This document shows positions 40,931 through 56,930 of a stretch of 64,000 bases of DNA, one piece after another. This DNA is from Eledone cirrhosa (Eukaryota), in the NCBI GenBank assembly GCA_964016885.1, contig OZ024752.1:2356001-2420000 (forward strand), written 5' to 3'. Under the pieces are notes generated by a model, which was given only the letters and a program-made list of their open reading frames with translations, had not been told where the DNA came from and ran no database searches. The translations under genes and the position numbers were made by a program. Numbering within the stretch: the stretch's first letter is position 1; each line of letters begins with the position of its first letter.

Positions 40931-42800
40931 TTACGCCTTATTACGCTGTCCGACATAACTCCACAGGTCAGTAATGCAGAGACATTGGACAAGTGAGTGC
41001 AGAACTGTGTCGTCGCTCTGCGCGCATCTCGGACAGGTTCGTCTGACATCACTTCCGTGCACGTAGAGTTTATCCCGAGCCGACTGTGCCTCCCGGTAGC
41101 ACTGCCAAGTGAGGGATTTCTGGAAGTTGTCCATCGTCCCCGGCTCGAAAGTCCTCCGGATCAGACTGGTCACTTCGACTTCGTCAAGTGCCAAAGCTTC
41201 TCCGAGTGCGTCATCCCACCACTAATCCTCTTTAGAACTCGAGAGTGGACGTTCCACTGATCTCATTGCCCCCTTGGTAGAGGGCAGTGAGTGCGTGGAA
41301 ACGTTCCATGTGCCAATCACCCAGTCTTGGTCTCTTCTTGAACCAGGACCCAGGAGAACAAGTCTGACATATTTACGTAAAGCTCGTAGGGCAGCCTATC
41401 CAAACAGGATGGATTGCGCCTCGTGCAGCCGCCAAGGGCGTCGGGAATTTTGTCTGAAGTAATCGGCCTCTCGCAGCGCTCAGTATCTACCTTCAAGATG
41501 CCCGGCAAGCCGTCAAGGTAGGGACTTGAGTCCATTACTGTCTCTGACCCACCACTCTCCCCGAACAACCGAGCAAAGTGCTGGCGAAAGGCCTCACACA
41601 TCCGCTTGGAATCGCTTATCTCGTGTCCATCTCGGTCCGCCAAAGACCGAATTGTAGTTTTAATATCACGCTGCGCCTCCACCACGCGGGCCCATCGAAC
41701 AGCTTTGGTTCCCTGGTTTCTCAGTGCACTCGCCTTATCTCTGACAATGCAACCTTCGTGTTTCGCATTGAATAAATAGTCTAATGCCGCTCTCGCCGCT
41801 ACCACGTCATTTGCAATGCCACTACAAATAGCCTCGTCTAACTTATCTACCAGCTCCCCCTCCTTTCTATATTTTTCTAACGCTACTTCTTTGTTAAACC
41901 CTATCGAAGTTACTCTAATCTCTCCTTTGAGATCCCCCCCCCCCCCCACCATATGTTGTGGACGATCCCCCTGACAACTTTTACTTAACTAAATTGTAAG
42001 CCTTACGTGCCGGAAATGACATGTTCAACGTCCAGTACCCACGTCCTAACCTACGCGGTCGACTATACAGATCACAAGTTTGTGATCTGAATAGGTGACC
42101 GTTTTAAAAAGTGGGGAGCCTACACTATTTCTGTCTATTTTCCCAATGAAGATCCTGTCTATATACTATCTAGATGACCGTATGCGTTTGGTCCACGTCC
42201 ACACTGGCACATTGGGAATCTAGTCGATATATGTCAGACAGTTGGAACTGGCTGAGTAGGTGCTTTTCCCCCCCCCCCCTTCATCTCCATGTTCTTGACG
42301 TGTACACGCTCGATATTGTTTGCCGCTTTTGCGAATGATGTCACTTCTGTTTGCTGCGTTGATTTATCGTTAGTCTTGCCTTTGTTGTTGATGGTGGTGG
42401 TGGCTTTCTTGTTAGTCTTTTCTTCTGTGTTGCTGTTGTTACAGTTGTTGCTTCCTGGGTTCTTTGCGACTTTTGCTGTTGCTGCTGTTGTTATTAAGAT
42501 GGAGGTGGCGGTGGTGCCTGTTGATTTTTCTAATGACGGGAAATTTTCGTGGATGCTTGACGCTGCGCTGCTGCTGATAATTCGAAAGGCGTTGTAGTTG
42601 GGGCTGTTGCTGCTACTGTTAAAGTGGCTCCTGCTGTTGTTATCACCACCACTGCCACTGTTGCTGCTGCTGCTGCTGCTGTTGCTGCTGTTGTCACCTC
42701 CACTGACACTGTTTATGTTGTTCTTGTGTCTGCCTTGTGATTGGACGGAATCGGTTGTTCCACCCTCCGAACGACCCGCTGTTCCTCCCCGTGGACACAT
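40931..42800 (-). mobile_element. Internally deleted L1/Tx1-clade LINE (ORF1 start, APE end, linker, C-terminal zinc knuckle; RT core missing)
   Basis: YSDHKLV (APE end, ~42075-42100); ORF 41317-41952 (TIRSL..G..I, CERPIT, CLDRLPYELY); ORF 40931-41194 (CPRCAQSDDTVLHSLVQC). Confidence 0.82.
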
Positions 42801-42978
42801 TTTTCGTCCGCCATGTTTTTTTTTCAAACCAAAAATTAAGACAACAATGTATAATATTCTATATAAAAGTTTCAATAAAGTCATAAATTTCAACTGATTT
42901 CTTCCGTCGTAGTTACACACTTCTCAAGAGATTCAACACATAATAATACACATATAATAATAATACAAATAATAATAA

Positions 42979-43164
42979 GTGTTTCTACTTTTGGCACAAG
43001 GCCAGCAATTTCTCAGTGCATTACTGGTACTTTATTTTTCGACTCCGTAAGGATGAAAGGCAATGTTAACCTCGGCGGGATTTGAACTCAGACTGTAAAG
43101 ACCGTAACTCTATGTTGCAAAGCATGGCGTCCGACCCTCTACCGATATTGCCAATCCACCACCC
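42979..43164 (-). mobile_element. tRNA-derived SINE, full length with 19-bp TSD
   Basis: TSD ATAATACAAATAATAATAA at 42960-42978 and 43165-43183. Confidence 0.92.
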
Positions 43165-46100
43165 ATAATACAAATAATAATAATACAAATAATAATAATA
43201 ATAATAAAGAGATATAGAACTGACTCAGTGTTTCCATCCTATGATGATTACGTTGAGACCATTAACCACCTGATTTCAGTCTTCAATAATCCGTAGTACA
43301 CGGATCCACATATATACTTCAACGAGAGCTCTATTTTACATACATATATGTTGGTTGATTAACTAACAAGATTTATATATATATATAAGTGATTATGTGA
43401 GTTATTTCAAATGAAACAATTCAGTGTCCAACCGCCCATATGTTCAAGTTTTCGATAACTGTTTAATTTATGTTACATTTTTGCTTTGGTAAACAAGCTT
43501 CTTTCTTTATACATCCAAATATAGCAGCATATCACATTAGGCAAGATCACTAATCGGTGAGATTGAATTATATTTGTATTTATGTGTAAACGAATGTTTT
43601 TTCTCTATATCTCCAAGTAATACCAATATTGAAACCACTTCCATACGTTCCTCATTTACTACTGCATTATAGTTGAGCGTATTTATCTACAGCATATAGA
43701 GGATAGTATCTTAGATATCATATTGTTTATTCCAAAACTTTCTAAAAGAAAATTATATAATTTTTTCATGTCTTCTGCTCTAGCATCAAGCATTTCGACG
43801 TGAAAGAAAATGCAATTATATGTGTATATATTTATAGAGAAACATTAGAAGGAATGTATAAGGCTTAGAGGCAATGTATGGTCTTAACTTCTGATCGTCA
43901 AACTTTATTTTGTCTCCAAAGCACATACTATTCTCTCTCATTATCCTGTCTCTTTCACATACTTATTTAATTTCTCTTACTCTCCTTCATTCCAGCTTTC
44001 AATCTCTACCATCTCTCTCCCTTTGTTTCTCCCTTCATGTTAAGGAAGATATAAAAACAAAAAATAATTACCTGCCAAGATTTGTCTTACAAAATATCAA
44101 TTAAATTAAAATCGTAAATTTATAAAAGTTGAAACTAGGTTTTTGAGATATTTTGAGTTAACCATGAAATCAAAACTTTTTTGCATGATGCCTGCAGTTG
44201 CATATGCTAAGAGAAATTCAAACACCTCGACTAACACATACTTGCGTAATCACATACATAATTACATGAAATCATTCATATGTTCTCACTCCAAAATACA
44301 ATTTTGTACACAAACTTCCATTCGACATTTACATATATGTGTATACATATGCGACCATACACACGTGCAACAAAAGCATGTGTGTACATGCATGTACCTA
44401 TGTATGCATGTAATTATGTTTAGTTTTTGGTATGTATATAGATGATATGTGTATGTGTGTGCGATTGTATGTATGTGTGTTTGCACTTGTGCTCATGGGT
44501 GTACAAAAAATAATGTCAGTGGGCAAATGTGAGAATATGGGCGACAATTTTAAATTTATTAATTGTTTTTTTGTATAGCAAATAATGCTGTAAGTACAGA
44601 ATTATGAATTAAGAGATGGAAAGGCAGAAGAGAAGAGTCAGACATTGTTTTATTTGACAGAAAGGTGGTTTCTCGATATTTTCTATATTCGTTAATAGGG
44701 AAAATGCTTCAGTGAATTTGAATACGTATAAAAATAATGTAGATGAAATGAAGGAAAGAAATTATTATATAGCCCGTAGTGTGCAAAAAGTATTAAAATA
44801 ATATATGGTGCTCTTAACTCAATACTTCATATATTTGGTTTGTATTTACTAGAAACATGTAGTTTTCAAAATGTTTTCCCTAGTATATTGTGCGAAAAGA
44901 TCTATAATCCAAAATAAAGTAATTCCTTTGCAAATAAGGGATTAGTGCAGATGTCACTGATAGTATCATCATATTGTGAGGCCAACCGTAGACAATAGTG
45001 TTTTTTAAATTAATCATTGATGGTAATATTTAATCATTATATGGCCGCAATTTCCCTCATTTGGTCATGGTATCGGAGTAAGTACATCGACTATGTAACA
45101 GGCATCTCTTCTAATGTTCTCCAATGACAATGTTTAAATACTAAATTACCAACCATAGAAAATTATTTTAGATCATAGAGCAAACTGTACGCTACATTCT
45201 CTGATATATGTTCATATTTTAGATAGAGCAAGTAAAGCATTGTCTATTGGCTTGCTCATGTATTTCTGGTGACTTGACATCATCAAGTGAATTTATAGGG
45301 AAAGCATGTTGGTAGACATTGTTAAAATCTTTGCTATAAAACTAATTCCAAAATGAACCAATGGACTGGAAGTGGTGCTAAACTAGACGTCAGGTAGTGC
45401 GCTCCGAAAACTGTTCAACATCCCGTGAAAGATGAAGTTCATTGGTTGCCAGAAATATATTTTTCGTTGAGACATTTTACATTCAGAGTTGAAAATTTCC
45501 TTTTATACACTCGCGTCGACTGCTCTGTTAGCCCATTAAATCGATAAAAAATAATTACTAGTTATAAATTGTTCCAATTCAAATAGCGTATACCACATTG
45601 TTAAACGTGTGGTGTCATGAGTTGAAATCAAAAATCAATATTAAAGGCGCCTGAAAGTTAGATCTGATAAATCAGCCGGATAAAGTTTTTACAATATTAG
45701 GTTTCACGCAGGCAATTCCTGAATTTAATATTGGCCGAGTGCGACTTTAAACTTAATCTTTCTGAGATGAAAAAAAAAAAAAAATACAATTCGCTTTTCA
45801 TTAAAATAAATTTCCAAATCTTTTGTTGTTTCTGTTGTTCTTTCTTCTGGGGTAAACCATGAACAATTTCCCGAAACATTCTAACTGGGCCATCCAGCCT
45901 TTTAAATCTCATATATGTCCAGATTATTTACCGGAGGATTCCTTATCTAAAACGGTTGTATGCGATTTGGCTGTTGTTTTCAGCAGATGAAAATAGTTGG
46001 TTCGTTGTTTATAGAGAATATACATTTTTGTTATTACTCTCACAAGGCTAATCACTGGATGTCTAGTTGGGATATTGGCTCAGAATTGACGTGATTATAT

Positions 46101-46200
46101 ATTCCATTCCCCTAGCAGACCTTATACAAATTTCACTTACCAATGATTATCTGATAGATTGAGGCAAACATAGTACGTTATTACGAAATATATTATATAT

Positions 46201-46306
<106 letters not shown>

Positions 46307-46399
46307 AAAATCCCGACCGTGGTTCCAACCGGTTTGGACTCTGCATCTTGCCATGCATTGATTAATTCCATGATTAGAAGTCTCCTCGCTCTCAACGTC

Positions 46400-46711
<312 letters not shown>

Positions 46712-46795
46712 TATAAAGGGCTCGGGATTCCTTCTCCTTTGAGCACATTACTGACAGGGAATAGCGAGAGTCTATGGCTCCGTTAATTTATCGTG

Positions 46796-46943
<148 letters not shown>

Positions 46944-47084
46944 TGTAAATAGATAAAGGCTTTAGTATGATAAAGTCGATATGTTTAAGAATCGATATTA
47001 GATTAGTAACTCGATATTATCAGCCTGAATAAAATAAATATTTGAAAATGTTTAATGGAGCTAAATAAAGTGAATTCCATATAT

Positions 47085-47258
47085 CTGTAGGGTCAGACAA
47101 CATGCTTTGCAGCATAGAGTTACGACCATTTGCGGGGTCCGAGTTAAATTCCTGCCGAGGTTAGCTTTGCCTTTCTTTATTACGGGGTCGATAAAATAAG
47201 GCACCAGTAATGTACTGGGATAGTTGCTGGCCTTGTGCCAAAAGTAGAACCATATTAT
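47085..47258 (+). mobile_element. tRNA-derived SINE, diverged copy
   Basis: GCCGAGGTTAGCTTTGCC..ACGGGGTCGATAAAATAA..CCTTGTGCCAAAAGTAGAA. Confidence 0.85.
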
Positions 47259-48577
47259 GGTTTACTCAAACCTTTGAAACGATCGTTAAATAATGAAATA
47301 ATTAAGCACTAAAATTAATTTGTGTTTTCATTGTTCTGACATTGTAGTTTTTTGGGTCATGGCGTTCTAATGGAACACAATATCTCTAAAATTAAAGAAA
47401 TATCAATATTGAAATTCACAAAATTAAACTTTTAACGTTTTTTCTCTATCAATGCAAATTTACACTTGAACCTGAGTTAGAACAATATGCATGATTTATA
47501 TATAATACATAATGTCTGCATATATTATCACACCTACTTCCATACATTAACAAGGAAGTTGAAATGTTCCGGAGAAAATATGAGATCTCCAGCATCTACA
47601 ACCATTACTAGAAAACCACTTTTAGAAGTCAAGTTATTTATTCTTAAATAGTCTTCAATTATTTTTGTCTTCCTACTTTCTCTTTGCTCACTCTATATTT
47701 CTTGAGGCAAATATTTCCCCAGTGAAACGTCTACTCAACTGTGCAGAACTGATGATGAATCGAAAATAGAGCTATCTGACCGATAGCTGCCTGTAATTAC
47801 AGTACATTCAGTGCGCTAGACTCACTTCGCTACCCATTCCTCTTCATACTAACATGTCATTAGTTCAAAATAGTTCTTTTGATTATATCATTTATTCTAT
47901 TCTACACCGAAGGCTTTCAACTGGCACCCGCTCTTTATTTCAGTTATTTATTCCTTCCCAATTGGCTCGCTATTCTTTTTCCTTTAGAAAGCAGGAATGT
48001 TTCTCTTCCTCATCATTAAACATATATCCCAAGAGAATTTCTGCTGAAGGGGACTAAGTAATCAAAAATTTGATCATTGCCTCTTCATATTCTCTCTTTC
48101 TAAGATCTATTGACTTCCATGCCATTTTATGCTAGGCGGAATTTACTTCCAATCGACATAAACAATTTAGGAGAATGGAACCAAACTAGTGGTTATATGA
48201 ATATTAGAAAAGTATCGCTTGATGATCAATTGCAGGATATCATATGGAGAAATGATACCTTGTAGTGGAATATTTCAAATACATTTTAATGAATATAATT
48301 GTATTTCTATATAAAAGATTATGGTCAGGGTAAAATAAAATTGGTACTTTACTGTAACGAACAGACGAGGTTCAATTCATATTCTGAGAGATCATTCGGG
48401 CGTTGGGTGGTTCATAAGGTAAAACCTGATCATATTTTATATTAATAATTCCTTATTCTTCTTCTAAGAAACGATAAACATAAAAAAGAGTTCGATTACT
48501 CCTCTTCTTTACTCATCTCAGTGTAGGGATGTATACGTACTTACACATATGCACCCACACACACATACACACACACA

Positions 48578-48616
<39 letters not shown>

Positions 48617-49477
48617 ACATATATATATATATGTATATAAGCGAATGCAATTGATGTCTCGTATATGGCTTGTAGCAAATGTGACATCACCTGTAATTAT
48701 CTTTCAACAATACACGAGTATCGTAACATTTTTTAATAGAAGCATTGATAAAGCGACTTACAACTAGTGTTACTCTTTCGTTCAAAATCCTTTCATTATG
48801 TTACAATTGAGCTTATTTATATTTAACAGATGAGCAGTTTTTTTAATGTTTTATTTTAATGTGCCTATTCTTGATTAACCTGAAAAATAGTTTAATATAT
48901 GTATTTCATCTGTAGTTGAAAAAAAGATTATAAATCACATGTTAAATGCTCTTAATAAAACAAGCAATACACTTCCACAATTTATAATTAGAAATTATAT
49001 TGTACATAACCTAACAACCAAAATTTATGAAAAAATATGTCACGGAAAAAAGCAACACAGAAGGGATGCATTAAAGATATTTCGTTCGCTGCGCTATTGG
49101 TGAGAGACTTTGTTTGTAAGTTCACATGTTCCAATATGTGTAGCGAGAATGCGACCACTTGCGATAGTATTCATGTGGAGTATTTTCGAAGTTATACATA
49201 TATTACTTCAGGCAAATATTTCCCTAATGAAACTTTCACTTAACTGCATCAATGGCTATAAATCAAAGTAGGGATACATCCGTGCAAGGATAAAAAAAGG
49301 AAAATATTTTCAGATAATGTACATTCTGACATTAAAAGTCAAATATATTTAACTATGTTGAATACGGAATTATGTTTTCTCAAATTAAGTTATTGGTGAC
49401 AAAAGAACATCATTTATAGTGTATAAACAAAACTAATGGAACATTGATAACATGGAGTTTTCCATATCAAGCTTCTA

Positions 49478-50658
49478 TTGTCAGGTCGCTCCTGAGTGAT
49501 ACGAGTAACATGTATCCCAGTTCAACCTGTCATATGGTAGGGTCGTCGGCGACTAAACTGTCAAACGCACCAAGCTTGGTGAGGAGGGGGATTAGACACT
49601 CTGCAGGATGAAAAACAAGTCAAAGGACTGAGGAAATCATGAAATCAACGGATTTCCAACAGGGTGTATGTATGTATATCCTATGTGTGTAGGTGTGGAG
49701 TTGTTTGCAAGTGTGCGTTTATATTTTTAATTAATTTATTGTTTTATTTTTGGTGTGTGTTATTGTTTGCCTGTATGTGTGCATTTTTCTTTTTTTTCTT
49801 AACATTTAAACTTTCAAACGTTTAACTTTGAAATAACTATTTTTCCTGTCTTTTAAGTTCCATTTCATCATATTTATCTATTTTACCTAGTTATCATTTA
49901 TCTGAGAAAACCTATGTTTTTTCTTTTTAGTGGGGAGAGAGAAGAACACTCTGAAATACCTACATACATACATATAAGCATGCATACAAACGTACATACA
50001 TGCATGCATACATACATACATACATGATGGCTGCCCCCTCGTTATCGAGTATGGCCATTGCACAATATACCATTATTAATAATTATTAATTAATTCTATC
50101 GTGCAATGCCTGTGGCTGAAGATATTTTTTTAAAGTGAGGAAATACTGGGCACTTAGCCAATCCCACTCTCTGAGCGACAGTAGCTACAACCCGAAAAGA
50201 AGAAAATATCAGCATCATCGGTTACAACTGAGCCGCAGGTTTTATATCGGAGTTATCCCAGTTTCCTGAGTTGCCTTCTCATAAAAGTATGCTAGGGGTC
50301 CGTCACTCCCAGTGGTTTAACCGCGCTATTGAGTGTCTTGCCCGACTAGTTCTATGTCCCCGCGCATATACATACACATGCAACCATGTATATACACATA
50401 CACATATACATGCCATGTATATACACATACACATATACATATACATACATATGTACATGTGTATATACGTATTTACACACTTTTGGATGGCCCTTGAGTC
50501 TTATGAGGTTTTGTTTTTTGTCCTGCAGTGTGTCCAAAATCACCCTCCTCACCAAGTAAACTTGGTGGGGTTGCCGCTTTAGCCGCCGATGACCCGACCA
50601 TGCGACAAGTTGTACTGGGTTACATGTTACCAGTAGCACTCAAGAGTGACCCGATACA
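49478..50658. repeat. Two copies of a dispersed ~140-bp repeat in inverted orientation (49478-49620 +, 50515-50658 -)
   Basis: Shared GTAACATGTAWCCCAGT..ATGGT.GGGTCRTCGGCGRCTAAA..CACCAAG..CTTGGTGAGGAGGG..CTGCAGGA. Confidence 0.75.
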
Positions 50659-50960
50659 TAGATACACACATAGATACAAATATACATACATGTATACATA
50701 TATACATACATATATACATATATATACATACATACACGATAGTTGCGTCTCGATTTCAAGAATGCCCCCCTCATATTTTCCCTCTGACACGACACGTTCA
50801 CATTCCTACCAGCGTATGCTAAATTAAAAAAAAAAACACTTCTTCCGCTTTGGACACCTGTTTCGGTTCCATGAGTTTTCAAAGTACAAAAAGTACCAAA
50901 ATCACTTGTCATCGAGCAGAGATGAATGGCCAGATTCCTTTTGCTCCTATATATATATAT

Positions 50961-51080
50961 ATAGTAATAATAATAAATACGAAGACTAAAATCCGAAGAG
51001 GGCTCGATAAGGATAAATATATATCAAATATATAAGGGTGAAAGCAGCGATTCTTTGCTTAAACTTTAATCTGTTATTTA
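50961..51080. mobile_element. Family E element between (TA)n tracts, made of two inverted pieces
   Basis: 50961-51036 is the reverse complement of 60522-60597; 51034-51080 matches 60453-60499 directly. Confidence 0.8.
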
Positions 51081-53465
51081 TATATATATATATATATATA
51101 TGTTTGTGTGTATACAGCAGAATGAGTAACACAGTGAAAGAGAGCAAGAGAGAAAATATAAATGACTACATTTTACATATGTGAGACATTTTTCTCCTTA
51201 TCAGTATTGAGCCAGTCCAATCATTCTCTTTATGTAGAGAAGACGTATTATAACAATTGTACATATGTGAAACGTACATGAGATGTACCTAGATTACATA
51301 TTTAAATAATAAATATTAATGATAATGTTCGTATTTAAATGATAAATATTATGCTACAATGTAATGTTTAAAGGAAGCACTTTATTTCTTTGATTAAGCA
51401 CTTTATGTAGAACGATGATCTCAAACTAAAACATCATCTAGCAGCTTAATCACATTTCATTGAGATGCTACTCTTCAAATACATATATCGTAAGAGAGAT
51501 ATGTTTGCAACATTTCCTGAGAAAAAAACAAACAGCTTATAAGATGTTTACTGCATCAGAAGGAAGAGTAGATCTATTACACTGAAACGTGCATCCGTCA
51601 AATTACAGCAATAATATATGGTTAGATTTGGAACTCGATCACCTTATTGAATAAAATATATATATTTAGGAACTGCAGTGACATGATCTTTAGCAGCAGA
51701 TAATTAAATTTCAAGAGGTATAGACTCATTTCGTATGATTTTTGCACACGGAATCCGGTGTCTTCTCCCCCTTAGAATTTTTGTCCTGCCAGAGACGCTC
51801 ATTGAATAGGGAAAATCGAGCCATCAATATCTTTTGTATTTGCAGGTGGTATACATGTTTCAACGTTAGAGGTTATACACAAATTATATTCGAAAACGTA
51901 TAACGTGAGTAACCACCGGACCTCTCATAGCATTTGTCCGTATAAATCTCATCGTACCTCATCCAAACTCATGATTCGGACTTGTGAATAATTCACTTAA
52001 AACTGCATTGTTTGAGAGAGCACGTTTTTGATCCTATGCATCTGTCTACAATGAGGAATTTCATTATTGATAATATTTCTCTCTGAGAAAGCGTAAAATG
52101 GGAAAAACTAAGCATTTTGCTAATTATATCTAAATAGCTACTAACGATGTGTTATGAACCATTAATATGTACCCAGGAGGTTACAAGCTTCCCTAATTCG
52201 CTACAACATCTATTCAGCTCTTTGCACATCTGTTGTTTGAAAATATGCCAGTTTAGGCGGGGCAATGTTTCCATTCTGTGCTATGAAAGTAATAGATCAA
52301 CTTTAGCTCGTTAAAAGGGAAAATGCATTTAATTCAAGTTAATAATATAGCTAATAAAAGTTAATTAGTTGTATAACTGCTTTGTTTCTGTGAACTGGTA
52401 GGTGAATGTTTTTATCGCTATGAAACTTTGAGAATAGAAAAGTTCCTAGTTTCAAATTACTATCCCAATTCTTGGCTTGTGTTTTTATCGAAACCGACAC
52501 GCACATGGACACACACACACTTATACACACATGCATACTCACACACACGCACCCCCCCCCCCCCACACACACATACACACACATATATATCTATAGAGAG
52601 AGAGATATAGATATATTGAGGAGTGAGTGTACGCGCGAGTGAATATATTTATTGCCGCCGCCTTGCTTTTACATTGACCACCATTATTCAGATAGTAGCA
52701 AAGAGAAAACATCGATAAAGCCATTTACCGAAGTTGGTCATCTGGGATCATTCATACATTGTATCATGCCATGCCTCTGTCCATATACAATTGGCACCAG
52801 TTTCGCTACATGACCTTCTGTGAATAACTCTGAACCGGCATCAAACTTATTTACAGAATTTAATCTGTTTCAGATTAAAGCTATATTCCCATAAACTATT
52901 GCAAAATTATAATAATCCAAATTGTAATTTAGTTGCTTTGAAGTCATACATAAACTTAATATTGAATATTCGTAGAACAATATCTATATATTATTTTCCT
53001 GCATTAAAAGGTTCCGATAGTAATCACCATAAAGGTGTTCATATACTATACTACAATATAGAAATAATTCTATTTTGACTTTACACTTTGTGATCATATT
53101 TTAACATAAATAGACATTACGTAACGTGTGTAAGAATCTATTTCAACTTAATCTTTTTTATTAAAATAGAAGAGCGACGTGGTGATTGTTATCGCTTGAC
53201 GAATATGCTTCTATGTCATATTCAGCTATACTTTGCTCCTAACAAAAATATAATCAGTGATGTACTAAACTAAACATATCGTAAAGCTCGAAGAGTTAAC
53301 TAGACAATAAGAAAACAAATCAAGTGTGTTGCAATGATACGCCAGTGAAGCAAAAGCGTAGTGCTCTGAAATAATCTAATTTACATGCAAAGTATGTTGA
53401 AAATCAAAAATAACCTTCAGGTATTAAAGAAAATTTTGATACGAATCACACAGATTTACACACAA

Positions 53466-53536
<71 letters not shown>

Positions 53537-54096
53537 TATATATATAGATATATAATGCAGCCGAAGTGAGTAATAAAGTTATATATGTATAAATATACAG
53601 AGTGCGTGACCGGGAATATGCCAAGTTGCATATAATTGTACATATACTTAAATCCTTTTCGAAACTGGATAATCTCTAAAAAGAAGGCGAGTATATCATC
53701 TAAAAAACCACAATGAAATACTTATTTCATTGTCTCATATACCTATTCGATCTTAGTAGGTGTTTTGAAATGACGTTCTAATCTGCATATAATTAACAAT
53801 CATGTCGGTATCTAATTTTTATATAAATGAAGTGCGCTAAGGAACCGAAATGTATGGTATAGTCATATATTTTTATATACACAGCGATGTTAACCGAGAT
53901 CCACCAACGTGTATACACAATCGTATACATGACATAACATACATATTTCCTTGCAAATTATATATTTAAATAAAATATTTAAAACAAATTTAATAGATTT
54001 TCGGAACTACTTGGTTCCTCATAAGACGGCGTGTGCATCATCCAAATAAGCACAATGATTCATTCTTAGTAATATAAAGTCAAACATATTGATAAT

Positions 54097-54286
54097 TGTT
54101 TCTGCTTTTGGTACCAGGCCAGCACTTATCGCAGTACGTTACTGGTACTTTATTTTATCAACCCCGTAAAAATGAATGGCGAAGTTAACCTCAGCGGGAT
54201 TTGGACTCAGACCGTAAAGGACCGCAACTTTATGCTGCAAAGCATGGCGTGCGACCCTCTACCGATACTGCAAGTCCCGCACCCTA
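54097..54286 (-). mobile_element. tRNA-derived SINE, full length with 11-bp TSD
   Basis: TSD ATATTGATAAT at 54086-54096 and 54287-54297. Confidence 0.9.
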
Positions 54287-54425
54287 ATATTGATAATACT
54301 ATTTAGTCGCAAACGAAGAATGGGTACTAATGAACAGATGACTATATAATATCAGCATCTAAAAGAGTTTAAATACGTGTTTCAATTTTAGATTTCATCT
54401 TTTATTTAGCAATTTAAGATATCTA

Positions 54426-54513
<88 letters not shown>

Positions 54514-55299
54514 ATGCATAACATATACACGCACAGACGCAAACACATATATACATATTCATTTATATATATATATATATATATATATAAGTGTGTGTGT
54601 GTCAGTTTGACTGACTGTCTCTATGCGTGTCAGTGCATTTATATGTGAGTGTAAGTGTGTATTTTTTAATGGCTCACTGTTTTAAATTAGAACACGAAGC
54701 CAATTTTTGAGAAGTTTACTGAATTGGAAAATTGTGTATAATGCCAATAGTTCATGTTGATTGGTAATGTAGAATAACATCGAAAAAGAAAGGAAAGAAA
54801 ATGTATTAAATATGTTAGATTGGATATATTCTGCAGCATATCTAGAGAAAATCACTGAACGACGAGAATATTTGTTTAAATTAGATGACCATGAAATGAA
54901 CTAAAATGGCGTGGATCTTTATAGAAATAAAATTCATTGAGATAGGAATGTGAATATAAAATTAACTAACTGATGTGAGGGAATATCAAAATGAGCAAGA
55001 AAATCTAAATAATAAGGAAATGACCAAAAGTTAATGAGAATAGGAAAAACATAATCACAATGCATACGTCTATGAATTTCATTTATTTAATTTGACTGTA
55101 GGATTAACTAGACTGCAATATCTATTTAATCATTTCATATCTAGTGTTCTGTTCATTCTGCATTTGGTTTTCCCAAAAACATATACAATATCATTTCTAG
55201 GGACTACACATTTATCCACACACAACCACACAGACACATACACATACACACGCACACACAAACATATATATATATATATTGTTCTTAATATACTCTCCA

Positions 55300-55441
<142 letters not shown>

Positions 55442-56669
55442 GAGAGATATTAAGAACAATCAAAGACTGTGTTGCAGTATATATATACAAACTTTATTGA
55501 CCTATTACTATTGTTTTTATATAAATCACTTCAGGGTACAATCAAGTTGACGGGTCCCGACACTTTTCGACATCTCGTCAGATATGCGAGTTTGTGTGTG
55601 CACATTTCTTTGACCTGATTACAACGCCACATTAAAAGTGTCGTGTGCCGTATCTGCTGGTTAATTAAAATTTAGTAGTCGAAAAGAAAAAAAAAAAACA
55701 TGTATAATATGATTAATTTGTAGCTCGGTTTAATAACACAACCTGACCGATGGATTTTTTAGAGATTTCTACTGTGTTCTAATGATTCAGCAAGATGGCT
55801 AAAGATGGCATTTCTGCTACTTCACTGGACTCAGGAACTCTGAAAGATGAAAATATGGGATGTGTTCTTCTTCCTGTTATTATGTCATTATAAATACAAA
55901 TGAATATGTGATTTAAAAAATAACATTCAAATCAATTAGTAAATGATATGATACCAATAATCGAATTGTTGCTGTTGTCATTCTAGCTCACGATAGAATT
56001 CAGCAAGCAAGCATATGATCAGATATTTTACAACTCTCAATATTATATCCTTTTATGGAGACGTTGTATATAATTATATCTAGTATTTCGATGTTGTGAG
56101 ATTTGAGCAAGAAGAGCGAATTTTAAAGGTTATTTGGATGTTATATCTAAACGATTGGACCTCAACCATTCCCTGGCATATCAATAATTGAGTACATTAT
56201 GTTAGAGTGGCTTGAAATACATGTTATAATGAATTATGCATGATCGAATTTTAAATCCCAAAGAAAAAAAATGAGTATTAGTGAAGAGGAATTGTGACAC
56301 AATAAATTTACACATAGTGTAGTACTAAAAAGTAAACACTGATCTCGTTAGAAATCAATATTTTTGTAAAGAATATATCACATTCAGTAGAATCGTTTAA
56401 AAGTTACATTGTGTAATATGAGTAAATGATATTTTGTATGAATGATAAAACAGATTATTAACAATTCCATGAATTTAAATGTTCAAAAGAGATTTTGTTC
56501 TCCTTAAGTTTCTTCTGAACCACTTCAAAATCTATTTCATTCGGCTGAACATTTCCTAGAAAACTTCGGTAAGCAACCAAAACGACATAATCTTGGATAT
56601 TGTGATTCCTTATCTCTGTATTTTACTCTCAACATTTATATATAACATTCGCAGTTATCTCCCTTACAC

Positions 56670-56845
56670 CTTTCGACCGTGGATTGTTATCGCTTGAGAG
56701 AAGTGATCCTTTTCTGCGCATGCGCGTTCATACGGTTGTTTCTCCCTTTCCTGTTACATATAACCATTATCAGTCCGAGCTGAAATCCGCATAAGGTGAA
56801 ACAATTGTTCTCGGTATGGTGAACTAACTGATGTGTTACTACTTC
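56670..56845 (+). mobile_element. Solo pseudo-LTR of the 40.2-40.9 kb PLE family with decayed HHR (56775-56814)
   Basis: GCATGCGCGTTCATACGGTT..TTCCTGTT homology; CCGAG-CTGAAAT-CCGCATAAGGT-GAAAC-AATT-GTT-CTCGG; ends at (TA)n. Confidence 0.65.
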
Positions 56846-56930
56846 TATATATATATATATATATATACATCTAAATGGACTACCTATAACGATAACCTAT
56901 TATCCTGTATATATATATATATATATATAT

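Noticed and set aside
45350-45455. CCAAT/CRE-like words as a promoter
   Set aside because: Short motifs expected by chance; no downstream gene evidence
47749-47775. CTGATGA-TGAATC-GAAA as an HHR
   Set aside because: Helix II does not pair and there is no UH/helix I
55554-55590. Minus-strand CTGACGA-GATGTC-GAAA as an HHR
   Set aside because: Only 2 bp of helix II with a 2-nt loop, and no helix I complementarity
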